A DNA stretch of 64,000 nt from a virus. Below, one piece after another: positions 49,981 through 58,692 of the stretch. A program made the translations under genes and the position numbers. Position 1 is the stretch's first letter. The number at the start of each line of letters is the position of its first letter. Location: IMG/VR virus record IMGVR_UViG_3300035180_002250, positions 32,001 through 96,000 of that record; one strand, 5' to 3'. Below the pieces are notes generated by a model. It ran no database searches. It was not told the origin of the DNA and saw only the letters and a list, made by a program, of their open reading frames with translations.

Positions 49981-52935
49981 ATGCTAACCAAAGAATCAAA
50001 CTCAGACTCCCAACCAGTAAAAGGAGATAATTTATACAAATTGATGCAGAAAGATATTACAACAAAGCATGTATTCTGCAAGAAATGCCCATTGTTCGAA
50101 TCTGGAGAATACTTTCGAGATAATCCGTTAACTGAGTGTGACATTCTTGTAGTAGGCAAATTCCCGAATAAATATGTATTGCAGCACGGAGCTTTCTCGG
50201 ACTCATTCGGGCGTATGGTATCCTCCATAATTCAAGAGTATTTAGGTACACTACCTATGCAACAACGCCCGAAAGTGGTCTACACATACGCAGTAAGATG
50301 CACTACACAAGATCAGAATTATAAACCTAACACACTGGTATATGAACAATGCAACGCCCTTTTGACTGATATTATCGATAGAACAAAACCAAAAATGGTT
50401 ATTGCCCTGGGTATGGAGGTATTCAAATCAGTAGGAATAAAAACACAGCAGAAGTTCCAGCAATTACGTGGACGGAAAATAACAGTGACTTCTGAGTCGA
50501 ATAGTCCCAGACAGTTCGATGTTCTACCGACATACGGGTCTGAAACCATATTCAAACAACCTGGGCTGGTAGATACTTTCAAGAAGGATATCGAGGTAGC
50601 CATAAACAGTGCAATTGGTGCAACCGATGATAGTGAAATCCACATCAATACTGTTTTCTCCGTGGATGGTATTTTAAATGAGTTAAACAAACTTCTTGAT
50701 ACTCTAAATATGGCTACATCTAGTGTTGGTGTAGCTGTTGATACAGAAACCACTTCTTTAGAACCACATGACCCATCCAGTAGGATGATCATGATATCCA
50801 TGTGCTGGGAAGAGTCTACAGGACTCGCTTTTCCTTATGAGCATGTTCAAGGTAAGTTTTCACAAGAAGAACTATCTGTAATTAATGAAAAGTTGAATGA
50901 AATTTTCACCCATCCGAATATTTCCATATTCGGGCAAAATATCAAATTTGATGGTAAATGGCTCAAACACAAATACGGTCTGAAGTTTCCTGATCCTAAA
51001 GTAGATGTAATGTTAGTTGAACACTTATTGGACGAGGATAAAAAAGGACTGTATGACCTAAAAAGTTTGGTGCTACAATATTTCCCGAAATATGGGAGAT
51101 ATGAAACAGAGTTAAAAACAATTTTAAGTAATTTGGACAAAAAGAAAAAGGATGAATACCACAAAAAATTAGATATTTATTATAAAAAATACAAAGAGAG
51201 TGTGATGGATTTTCTGTATTCACATTACTCAGATGACGAGCTTTCCAGCCTGATTAAAACGTGGGTTGAAAGCTCTTTGATCACCATAACCGACTCCAAA
51301 AAGTTATGGCCTCCACAACGGAGTAGATCAACAAACAGATTGTTAAAATCATTTGAGACGAAAGCATTCTCTGTAATCAAGCGTATCCCGAATGAAGTAC
51401 TTCCAGTGGCACCGGATGTTGTACCACCAGAACTTCCGAAACAGACGACGTATGAAGAAGTTCCCATTGGCATCCTATCCAAATATGCAGCAATGGATGC
51501 GGTAATAACATATAAAATACTGAAAAAGCAGAAAGAAGGAATCAAAAAGGACTGGGACCGAATCAAAGAGATTGAGAGGGAGAATCAAATAAAGAACCCA
51601 AACTTCGTTATACCAACAAAACCACTGACGTTTGCTCTGAGTAAAATTATTATGCCAATGTCAGCCATTATATCAGAAATGGAATACTACGGAGTAAAGA
51701 TAGATCGTAGTCGAACCATGGAGTATATTACTAAACTATCCGATACAATCTCCGATCTGCGTCAGTCTATGTTACAAGAAGTTGGGCATGCATTTAACGT
51801 GGATAGCCCAAGGGATTTACAAACTATTTTATACTCTGAATTGAAATACGATATCCCATCTTATACAGAGAAAGGTTCTCCCTGTACAGATGCTACAACG
51901 TTGAAAGCATTAGCGGAAGCAAAAGATAGTACATTTCTGAATCAGTTGTTAATTTATCGTAAGTTGGTTAAGTGTAAAACAACCTATCTGGAGAACTGGC
52001 TGAAAATGTCCGAAATGGATGGAAATATACATACCAGTTTCAACTTGCATGGAACAGCCACTGGGAGGTTGAGCAGCTCAAGCCCGAATCTTCAGAATGT
52101 ACCATTTTATTTAAAAGAGGCAGATTTAAATTTAAAAGACATTTTTATACCGGATAGTGAAGACTTCGATTTATATGACTTAGATATATCCAATGCGGAA
52201 ATGCGGGTGCTGTGTGCATATTCCAAGGATGAGGCTCTCTGTGATGCATTTATTAATGGGAAAGACCTACATTGTTTAACTGGGGCAGGTATATCAAATT
52301 TCAGTTATGAACAACTAAAGGAGAGAAAAGAAGACAAGAGCACTGAGGAATACCGTATTCGGCAGGTAGCTAAAAAGGTTAATTTCGGTACGGTATATGG
52401 AATAAGCGCTAAAGCACTCTCCAGACAGTTATGGGAAGAAATGAGAATAAACTACTCTGAAGAAGAGACAGAGAAGTTTCTAAATCTTTATTTTCGACGG
52501 TATCCAAGGGTGAAACAGTACATCGATTCAACGATGGCATTTACCCAGCGGTATGGATTTACACATACTTTTATGGGGAGAAGAAGAAGATTCGGAATCT
52601 CCCAGTATAGAAGTAAATTGAATATTAACCTAAACCGAATTCTTCGACAATCTATTAATACACGGATTCAATCGACGAGTTCGGACTTGGTGCTAACAAA
52701 TATTATCAACCTGCACACATGGGCGAAAAAGTTGGGTGGAAGATGTCTACTGACAGTACACGACTCCATTGTATTTCAATTACCAAAAGAAGTCAGAAAC
52801 AGAAATATCAAGGAAGAATTGGACCAAATTATTAAATACAAAACAAATAATGAGTTCACTTGGCTTCCGGTTCCATGGGAATACGATGTTGGAAGGGGGC
52901 CATCATATGGGCATGCAAAGGAACCAGTTACGTAG
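49981..52935 (+). CDS. Family A DNA polymerase with N-terminal UDG-like domain and 3'-5' exonuclease
   Basis: CKKCPL...AVRC...KPKMVIALG (UDG family 4-like); VDTET, QNIKFD, YAAMD; TATGRLSSSSPNLQN, DISNAEMR, AKKVNFGTVYG, TVHDS. Confidence 0.93.
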   Translation: MLTKESNSDSQPVKGDNLYKLMQKDITTKHVFCKKCPLFESGEYFRDNPLTECDILVVGKFPNKYVLQHGAFSDSFGRMVSSIIQEYLGTLPMQQRPKVVYTYAVRCTTQDQNYKPNTLVYEQCNALLTDIIDRTKPKMVIALGMEVFKSVGIKTQQKFQQLRGRKITVTSESNSPRQFDVLPTYGSETIFKQPGLVDTFKKDIEVAINSAIGATDDSEIHINTVFSVDGILNELNKLLDTLNMATSSVGVAVDTETTSLEPHDPSSRMIMISMCWEESTGLAFPYEHVQGKFSQEELSVINEKLNEIFTHPNISIFGQNIKFDGKWLKHKYGLKFPDPKVDVMLVEHLLDEDKKGLYDLKSLVLQYFPKYGRYETELKTILSNLDKKKKDEYHKKLDIYYKKYKESVMDFLYSHYSDDELSSLIKTWVESSLITITDSKKLWPPQRSRSTNRLLKSFETKAFSVIKRIPNEVLPVAPDVVPPELPKQTTYEEVPIGILSKYAAMDAVITYKILKKQKEGIKKDWDRIKEIERENQIKNPNFVIPTKPLTFALSKIIMPMSAIISEMEYYGVKIDRSRTMEYITKLSDTISDLRQSMLQEVGHAFNVDSPRDLQTILYSELKYDIPSYTEKGSPCTDATTLKALAEAKDSTFLNQLLIYRKLVKCKTTYLENWLKMSEMDGNIHTSFNLHGTATGRLSSSSPNLQNVPFYLKEADLNLKDIFIPDSEDFDLYDLDISNAEMRVLCAYSKDEALCDAFINGKDLHCLTGAGISNFSYEQLKERKEDKSTEEYRIRQVAKKVNFGTVYGISAKALSRQLWEEMRINYSEEETEKFLNLYFRRYPRVKQYIDSTMAFTQRYGFTHTFMGRRRRFGISQYRSKLNINLNRILRQSINTRIQSTSSDLVLTNIINLHTWAKKLGGRCLLTVHDSIVFQLPKEVRNRNIKEELDQIIKYKTNNEFTWLPVPWEYDVGRGPSYGHAKEPVT

Positions 52936-52956
52936 TTAGAAAATTAAGGATTTTGC

Positions 52957-52965
52957 TGTTATAAG
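52957..52965 (+). promoter_or_regulatory. TGTTATAAG promoter-like motif ahead of the structured array
   Basis: Lies 7 nt before the first closing stem of unit 1. Confidence 0.65.
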
Positions 52966-52972
52966 AAAATAG

Positions 52973-53206
52973 TTTCTACAGGTTTTTATCAAGTAATGAA
53001 GCTGGGCAAAGCCTGGCAATAAATTATTTACAACACCGGCCTCCAGGTCATCCGGACCGGTTGGCTAACCTCGGCGGTTGAGGATGTCGGCCTTGCCGCC
53101 ACCATCAACGCCTCGGTTATCCAACCGAGTCCTTGATGACCTTTCGGCCCAGTTGTAACAAAGAAGGGCCTTTACAAACCTGGTGCATGGTAAAACAAAG
53201 TAGAAA
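52973..53206 (+). ncRNA. Structured ncRNA-like unit 1 (retron msr/msd-like layout)
   Basis: Closing TTTCTAC/GTAGAAA and CAGGTTT/AAACCTG; AGTA then hairpin GCTGGGC-AAA-GCCTGGC (53001-53017); 131-nt imperfect hairpin 53028-53158. Confidence 0.7.
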
Positions 53207-53399
53207 AAACATAGATTATTTACAAAACTAGTAAAAGCTGGTCAAAGACCAGCAATATCTTACTGGACAATGAGTACGCCCTCTGGGGGAAAAATGTAGT
53301 TACACGGTTCGCTTCGCTGCACCGTTCCACTACATTTTCACCCCAGAGGCTCCCTCATTTCCTTCAATGTCTGAAGTATCCACATACAAATCTATGTTT
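53207..53399 (+). ncRNA. Structured ncRNA-like unit 2
   Basis: Perfect 11-bp closing IR AAACATAGATT/AATCTATGTTT; AGTA then GCTGGTC-AAA-GACCAGC (53237-53253); 91-nt hairpin 53269-53359. Confidence 0.75.
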
Positions 53400-53556
53400 C
53401 ACAAGCAGTTACAAGCAGTGATTAGCGAAAATCAAGTTACACATAGTGTAACATAATAAAAGTTTTTTTATGGAAAAAAAGTAAGATAGGGGGTACACTG
53501 CTTGATGGAAAATCAGATGCTGTTCACATAGCCCAACAGAGGAAAGGGGCATAACA

Positions 53557-53802
53557 ATGCAACAAGGAGGAGAAAAATGTTCAATCCCGATCACCAACTT
53601 ACCTGATATTGAAATAGTACTGGAGGGGTGGAAGAAGTCAAATACCCCTATAGCAATCTATACAACGTCGGGTAGGGTGCTAAACGGGGTAATCGGGGAG
53701 ATTGCTTCGGGGTTTTTCGAGGTAATGAACCTGCGAGACAACTCCAAAGCAATTATAAATTTATCACAGATCGTCACGATCTGTGCGCAGAACACAAAGT
53801 AA
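53557..53802 (+). CDS. Hfq/Sm-fold-like small protein
   Basis: LEGWKKSNTPIAIYTTSGRVLNGVI...AIINLSQIVTI parallels Hfq [25 protein letters not shown]...MVYKHAISTV; SD AAGGGG. Confidence 0.65.
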   Translation: MQQGGEKCSIPITNLPDIEIVLEGWKKSNTPIAIYTTSGRVLNGVIGEIASGFFEVMNLRDNSKAIINLSQIVTICAQNTK

Positions 53803-53807
53803 AAATC

Positions 53808-53984
53808 GTTTTTTCTACCAAGCACTCAAAATAAAAGTATCCAGTTAAAGACTGGAATAAACACTTGAACACCCTTCGGGTCTTCCAAGTACCACTTACT
53901 AGATATCGACACAGGGGGACTTACATCTAGTAGAGCTGGTATAGATCCATGAAAGTAGTGCCGCATCTACACTTGGTGAAAAAC
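53808..53984 (+). ncRNA. Structured ncRNA-like unit 3
   Basis: Closing GTTTTTTCTACCAAG/CTTGGTGAAAAAC (bulged); AGTA then TCCAGTT-AAA-GACTGGA (53840-53856); cUUCGg hairpin; TACTAGAT/ATCTAGTA stem. Confidence 0.65.
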
Positions 53985-54004
53985 ATTAAAAAATATATCA
54001 ATAA

Positions 54005-54169
54005 ATTAATAACATAGCTTAGTTGAAAGTAGCCTGATAAAGTCGGGTACTAAAACAATGGGCACAAGCCTTCGGCTTGAGCCCAGAACTCCCAGCCATC
54101 AGTGCCAAACCCAAATCTGGGTCCCTACGCTAGCAGTTTAATAAAAGGCTAAAATACAATGTTATTAAT
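54005..54169 (+). ncRNA. Structured ncRNA-like unit 4
   Basis: Perfect 11-bp closing IR ATTAATAACAT/ATGTTATTAAT; AGTA then GCCTGAT-AAA-GTCGGGT (54032-54048); cUUCGg-capped hairpin 54059-54085. Confidence 0.65.
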
Positions 54170-54176
54170 AAATCTA

Positions 54177-55796
54177 TCAGGTGAACACCAGGGTATCCTC
54201 GGTGTTCACCTCGTGAGTCATAGTAAAATTTATAGCTCCCATTAACACTCTAGCCCCAAACCAGCCAAACACCATCGAATGCAACACATCATCGGATTTC
54301 TTAGGATGATGCCTCCAAGCTCTTCTAGAAATACCCCGGTCTTCGTTCAAAAAAACTTCTTTAACATTTAATAAATCCTGACCAAATGGTTTGAAATCTT
54401 CATATCTGAAACACCTTATTTTTTTAGTCTTTATATCTAACAAAAAACTATCGATCAGAATAGTCCTATTAACGATAAATCTGGCTCCTGAGGCGTCCCA
54501 ACGAAATGGTGCTGACTGCTCTGTGTACATCACAGGTACTACCTGTTTATCCGGAAGCATCGTGTGCAACTGGCTCATGGCGAAATTACCATTTCCATGA
54601 TCCCCGTAAATAGCTGATACGTTGAAAACCCTGCACAACCTGGCAATATCAACAACATGCTGCGAAGGCTCACCGGCTGAATACACCCTACAAAATATTT
54701 TTATCATTTCTCCTGAATTTGGGTACACCGAGTAAATTGATATAGCGGTTCTACTGACACCATCCATTCCGGAACCTCCCCAATCTATACCTGCAACGAT
54801 ATACTCAGCCCCCTTTGTATTCTCTGGTGCAGCATGGTCCAACATCTTCAAAGTAGGTATACACATCTCCTGCAACAGTTCCTCAGTAATCAACTGAGAC
54901 CCCTCCCCTGTTGGCTCTCCCATTACTTCGTTATCGAACCTTGATGTAGGGTATGAAGTAAACTTATCCCATAGCCTGCGCCATTTATCCGGGTTGTTAC
55001 AATGCATGGGCATGATAATCTGCGGTATCGCATATCCGTCACAGGTTTTATCGTTTGCATCTCCAGTGCATGTCGGATACCATTTACCCAAGTAAGTATT
55101 CAATTTTTTACCACATGATTTGCAAACAAATCCTTCCTTGGTAATATTTTTTTTATCAGGTATATTATACTTATTACATCCTTCACACTTGATTACCCAT
55201 CGTTTCTGCGTTGACAAATCCCAAAAATATTCCAATGAAGTTATTAATGTTTTAGAAGTTCCGGCATATACAAATGTTGGATTCTTGGAAGCTGATAAAC
55301 ACTCTTCTGCATCCAGGATAGCGTCAAACAAGATATCCTGAATTTCATCGAGGTATAATTTATTTCCACTAAAACCTCGTACACGATCTGCTGATTCACT
55401 GAAATAACTCAATCGTATTTCTGAAAAATTTGCAAAACGTTTATTAAAAATATTATTAATGCAGTGCTTTGATCGCATTAAATTTGAATAAACAACAGGA
55501 GAGTGAATAAGGAAAGGGTCCAACTTGGAAGTTGAGAATGCCGCCGTTTGCGCTCCGGAAGCATTCACATAGATAAGAGAATTATAGGGGGTTATTATGG
55601 ACTCTATTACCATACTGGACGCCATGGTAATCGTTTTAGACACCTGACGCCCTGCCCGCATTACACACCGATCATACTGTGTGTTAAATATGTCCTGAAA
55701 CATTAAATAATCAGCTAAAGAATATGGTGCTCCCTGTAGACGCAATATCTGTTGGGCAATATCTGATTTTGTTAAGTCTGTTGCAATTTCCATCAA
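54177..55796 (-). CDS. Terminase large subunit
   Basis: RAGRQVSKT Walker A, RVRG..LYLDEIQD, CxxC pairs, VAGIDWG, KSDDVLHS. Confidence 0.85.
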   Translation of the reverse strand: MMEIATDLTKSDIAQQILRLQGAPYSLADYLMFQDIFNTQYDRCVMRAGRQVSKTITMASSMVIESIITPYNSLIYVNASGAQTAAFSTSKLDPFLIHSPVVYSNLMRSKHCINNIFNKRFANFSEIRLSYFSESADRVRGFSGNKLYLDEIQDILFDAILDAEECLSASKNPTFVYAGTSKTLITSLEYFWDLSTQKRWVIKCEGCNKYNIPDKKNITKEGFVCKSCGKKLNTYLGKWYPTCTGDANDKTCDGYAIPQIIMPMHCNNPDKWRRLWDKFTSYPTSRFDNEVMGEPTGEGSQLITEELLQEMCIPTLKMLDHAAPENTKGAEYIVAGIDWGGSGMDGVSRTAISIYSVYPNSGEMIKIFCRVYSAGEPSQHVVDIARLCRVFNVSAIYGDHGNGNFAMSQLHTMLPDKQVVPVMYTEQSAPFRWDASGARFIVNRTILIDSFLLDIKTKKIRCFRYEDFKPFGQDLLNVKEVFLNEDRGISRRAWRHHPKKSDDVLHSMVFGWFGARVLMGAINFTMTHEVNTEDTLVFT

Positions 55797-55815
55797 TATT
55801 AAAATTATTCATTTT

Positions 55816-56505
55816 TTAGTGTACTATTGGATTGTATAAGTAACACCCGATTAACTGAACCAATATCTTCTTGAATGAACTATCATACTCATTGGAATTG
55901 AAATACTTTTGATTCAAATTCTCCAGCACTTCGATTGAGTCATCCTTATTCGTAAAATCCACAGTATCCAATAAATCAGCCATTTTCAACAAATCTTCCA
56001 TTGGGTATGTGGTTTGAGTCACTTTCAAATGCGTTAACAATTCTTGCCCAGAGCGTAACGGTTTAGGTAACACAACCCAATCATAATAAGCTGCACATGA
56101 AGCAATATACCCAGGTATTTCACCTAGAGTTGTAACAAACTTCGTATCATGCAGTAATAAAGATAATTTATCCAAATTAGTTACAGAATAAAAAATCTCT
56201 TCAATGTGACTTGGCGTAACTGTATTATGTGCACCACAGTTACAAAAAGAGCTAACAACATTAGAAAATGGGAGGCAATAATTACTCGCCACATCCATAT
56301 TTCCACAAACTCCCCAAATAGCTAATAATTTAGCCATAGCCACATTGGTAGTAACTTTTTTAAAATTCCCCAAAAATACTTCCGGCTCCCAATTCAACCA
56401 GTCTGAATTGGCAAAAATATCTATCTTATTTAGATATAAAAAAATATCAATAGGGTGATTATTGAGTACAAATTCATTAGTAATTGTTGATGGATCAATC
56501 CCCAT
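55816..56505 (-). CDS. Hypothetical protein (head-module context)
   Basis: 229-aa ORF coupled to the upstream ORF. Confidence 0.65.
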   Translation of the reverse strand: MGIDPSTITNEFVLNNHPIDIFLYLNKIDIFANSDWLNWEPEVFLGNFKKVTTNVAMAKLLAIWGVCGNMDVASNYCLPFSNVVSSFCNCGAHNTVTPSHIEEIFYSVTNLDKLSLLLHDTKFVTTLGEIPGYIASCAAYYDWVVLPKPLRSGQELLTHLKVTQTTYPMEDLLKMADLLDTVDFTNKDDSIEVLENLNQKYFNSNEYDSSFKKILVQLIGCYLYNPIVH

Positions 56506-57671
56506 TATTCACGAATCCCCAAGCTGTACAGTGTAGTTGCAAGTTTTGTAATGTCTCCATCCTTCTCAATCAATGATAAAGCGTCCTCCCCATACTTACC
56601 GACAATATCCCCTTGTGGCATGCTTTTCAATTTTTCAATAAACCGTTCAAGGTCTTTATCATTATAATCAAAATCTCGATTACTTTTTTCGTTTTTAGTA
56701 TCCATCATCTTTTTATTCTTTACTCTCTTACTATTTACAGATGCTTCCTTATTAAATACAATACTATAAGCACACGGTATTTTATTTGTGTACTTTTTAT
56801 CATTCAAATTATATTTTTCATCAATATTATATATAACTTCAGCAAGTTTTTTCAGTTCATTCTTGGTATAAATTTCAGAAGAATCTTCTGTGGCACTTCC
56901 TAATTTATCCAATCCTGAAATCAGTGTTTTGTACTCATCACCGGATTTTCCCATACGATTGGCGACAGCAACACGATATTCCAACATCCGTTTCGTATTC
57001 TCCAGATCACTATCTACAAGAGCTGCATACTTCACAATACTTGGTGAGTACGGTCCTCTGTACCCAAACTTACCAGCCAAATCGATAAACCGAGTAGAAT
57101 ACTCCACCCGATCCGGTACTGATAGTCTGGAGTATTGGTCATCAAACACTTTATTTGCCTCAAGAAGGTCTTCCGCCGATGCAACCTTGCATAATCGCTG
57201 TTTAGGTAACAGGTACTCCTCCCCACCGGATTCTTTTAAGGTAGATGCACATTTTTCAATTCCTGGTGTTGGTGACATAAACAACCCCTCAGGAACATTA
57301 TATAAATCTAAATAACTGTCCAATGTTTCAGCTATTTTCGTATACACATCACTCGGGAATTTATCCTTCTGCCCGGATAAGTATACCTTACTGATAATAG
57401 CATCTTCCATAGACCCTACTGAAAACTTAACTTCCTCGGGCCAAGCATACATATTTTCAGTAGCCAACTTTTGGTGGGGCTCCTCGGTGATACCAGCTCC
57501 ATTACTGGTGTAACTGGCTAAAACAGCACCAAGTACCTTCTGAACATTCTTTGGGTATGCTGATGCAAACTTAATAAAATTCTTTTGGCTTCGATCAGAG
57601 TTAATATCAACAATTCGGCTCTTCCAGTGTTTATTATTCATAATTATCTCACCTAAATAGTTATGCTCCAT
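56505..57671 (-). CDS. Hypothetical protein with recurrent K-x-A motifs (possible virion protein)
   Basis: KFAS, KLAT, KIAE, KCAS, KVAS, KYAA, KLAE, KEAS. Confidence 0.65.
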   Translation of the reverse strand: MEHNYLGEIIMNNKHWKSRIVDINSDRSQKNFIKFASAYPKNVQKVLGAVLASYTSNGAGITEEPHQKLATENMYAWPEEVKFSVGSMEDAIISKVYLSGQKDKFPSDVYTKIAETLDSYLDLYNVPEGLFMSPTPGIEKCASTLKESGGEEYLLPKQRLCKVASAEDLLEANKVFDDQYSRLSVPDRVEYSTRFIDLAGKFGYRGPYSPSIVKYAALVDSDLENTKRMLEYRVAVANRMGKSGDEYKTLISGLDKLGSATEDSSEIYTKNELKKLAEVIYNIDEKYNLNDKKYTNKIPCAYSIVFNKEASVNSKRVKNKKMMDTKNEKSNRDFDYNDKDLERFIEKLKSMPQGDIVGKYGEDALSLIEKDGDITKLATTLYSLGIRE

Positions 57672-57794
57672 GTCACAGTTAAACTCCTTACTACATAGTA
57701 TTGGTAGTCGTACTTATTTATTACAAATCTCCTGATATATAATAAATAATGAAAACAAACATCTGTATTTTTAATAAAATAAAAACAGTGTTTC

Positions 57795-57803
57795 TGTTAT
57801 AAG
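57795..57803 (+). promoter_or_regulatory. TGTTATAAG promoter-like motif ahead of the RT operon
   Basis: Same motif as upstream of the structured array. Confidence 0.65.
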
Positions 57804-57876
57804 TATACGCCAAGTGACTCAGTTCTTCTATTTATTTATTAAGTCCATAATTTTTTTAATTGAAAGGAAAAGAAAC

Positions 57877-58677
57877 ATGATCCCAATAAGTGACTATAGT
57901 AAGATTACAGCCGTTGAGGAAACAACAACCCCACCTGAGGTCAGCAAACTATTTTCAAGTATTAATAGTGAGCTTCAGGTAGATGTACACAAAGTATTAA
58001 AATTTATAAAAATTGAAAATATGAGTACAAGGGGGGTCAAAACTTATAAGTATTTAATTCTAGTCAACAAAGTTAACTACTCAGATATTATACAACAAAA
58101 AATAAAAGAAATTTATAAAAACGCTGCACTAGTGAAAATAGAGACTAATAATGTAATTAATAAGCTATGTAAAAAGACAACCATTACAAATGACAACATA
58201 GCAAAATTATATACCTATCTACTTGAGTATTACATGTTGATACCTCTGGACACAAGTTTTAAAAATTATAACAGAGTTATTGACTATACCCTTAAATGGG
58301 TAATTGATACTAATAACTCATCAACACAACGTAACCCTGTAAGTATCTATATAATTAACTTATGGGTAGATGGTAAAAATATTAATACACAGTACTGCGG
58401 AATAGAGCACAGACTGTGCTATAGTGAAATACCTTATAAGTTTAGGAGAATGAATCAAACAATCCCACCATTGACTATGAATAGTTCCCAGACAATTGAA
58501 CAAACATTGTATGATGAGCTATTAACAAATGCATACCCTTTTTATAAAAAAGTATATGATGTAACAAAAACCTACAACCTATATAATAAATTACAGGTTG
58601 TTAAACAAATTTCCGATGAGTCACGCTTTCTTAAAACGGACATGAGTAATAGCACAAATGAGCTTGTTGCCTTCTAA
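57877..58677 (+). CDS. Unknown protein, candidate RT partner
   Basis: SD GAAAGGA before ATG 57877; ends 15 nt before the RT start, overlapping the RT SD. Confidence 0.7.
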   Translation: MIPISDYSKITAVEETTTPPEVSKLFSSINSELQVDVHKVLKFIKIENMSTRGVKTYKYLILVNKVNYSDIIQQKIKEIYKNAALVKIETNNVINKLCKKTTITNDNIAKLYTYLLEYYMLIPLDTSFKNYNRVIDYTLKWVIDTNNSSTQRNPVSIYIINLWVDGKNINTQYCGIEHRLCYSEIPYKFRRMNQTIPPLTMNSSQTIEQTLYDELLTNAYPFYKKVYDVTKTYNLYNKLQVVKQISDESRFLKTDMSNSTNELVAF

Positions 58678-58692
58678 AGGAGGGAATTCGTA

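Noticed and set aside
53409-53597. 62-aa minus-strand ORF in the array
   Set aside because: No SD or motif; antisense to the better-supported Hfq-like gene and plus-strand structures
52973-54169. CRISPR array or tRNA cluster
   Set aside because: No identical direct repeats with regular spacers and no cloverleaf, T-loop or CCA features; similarity between units is structural
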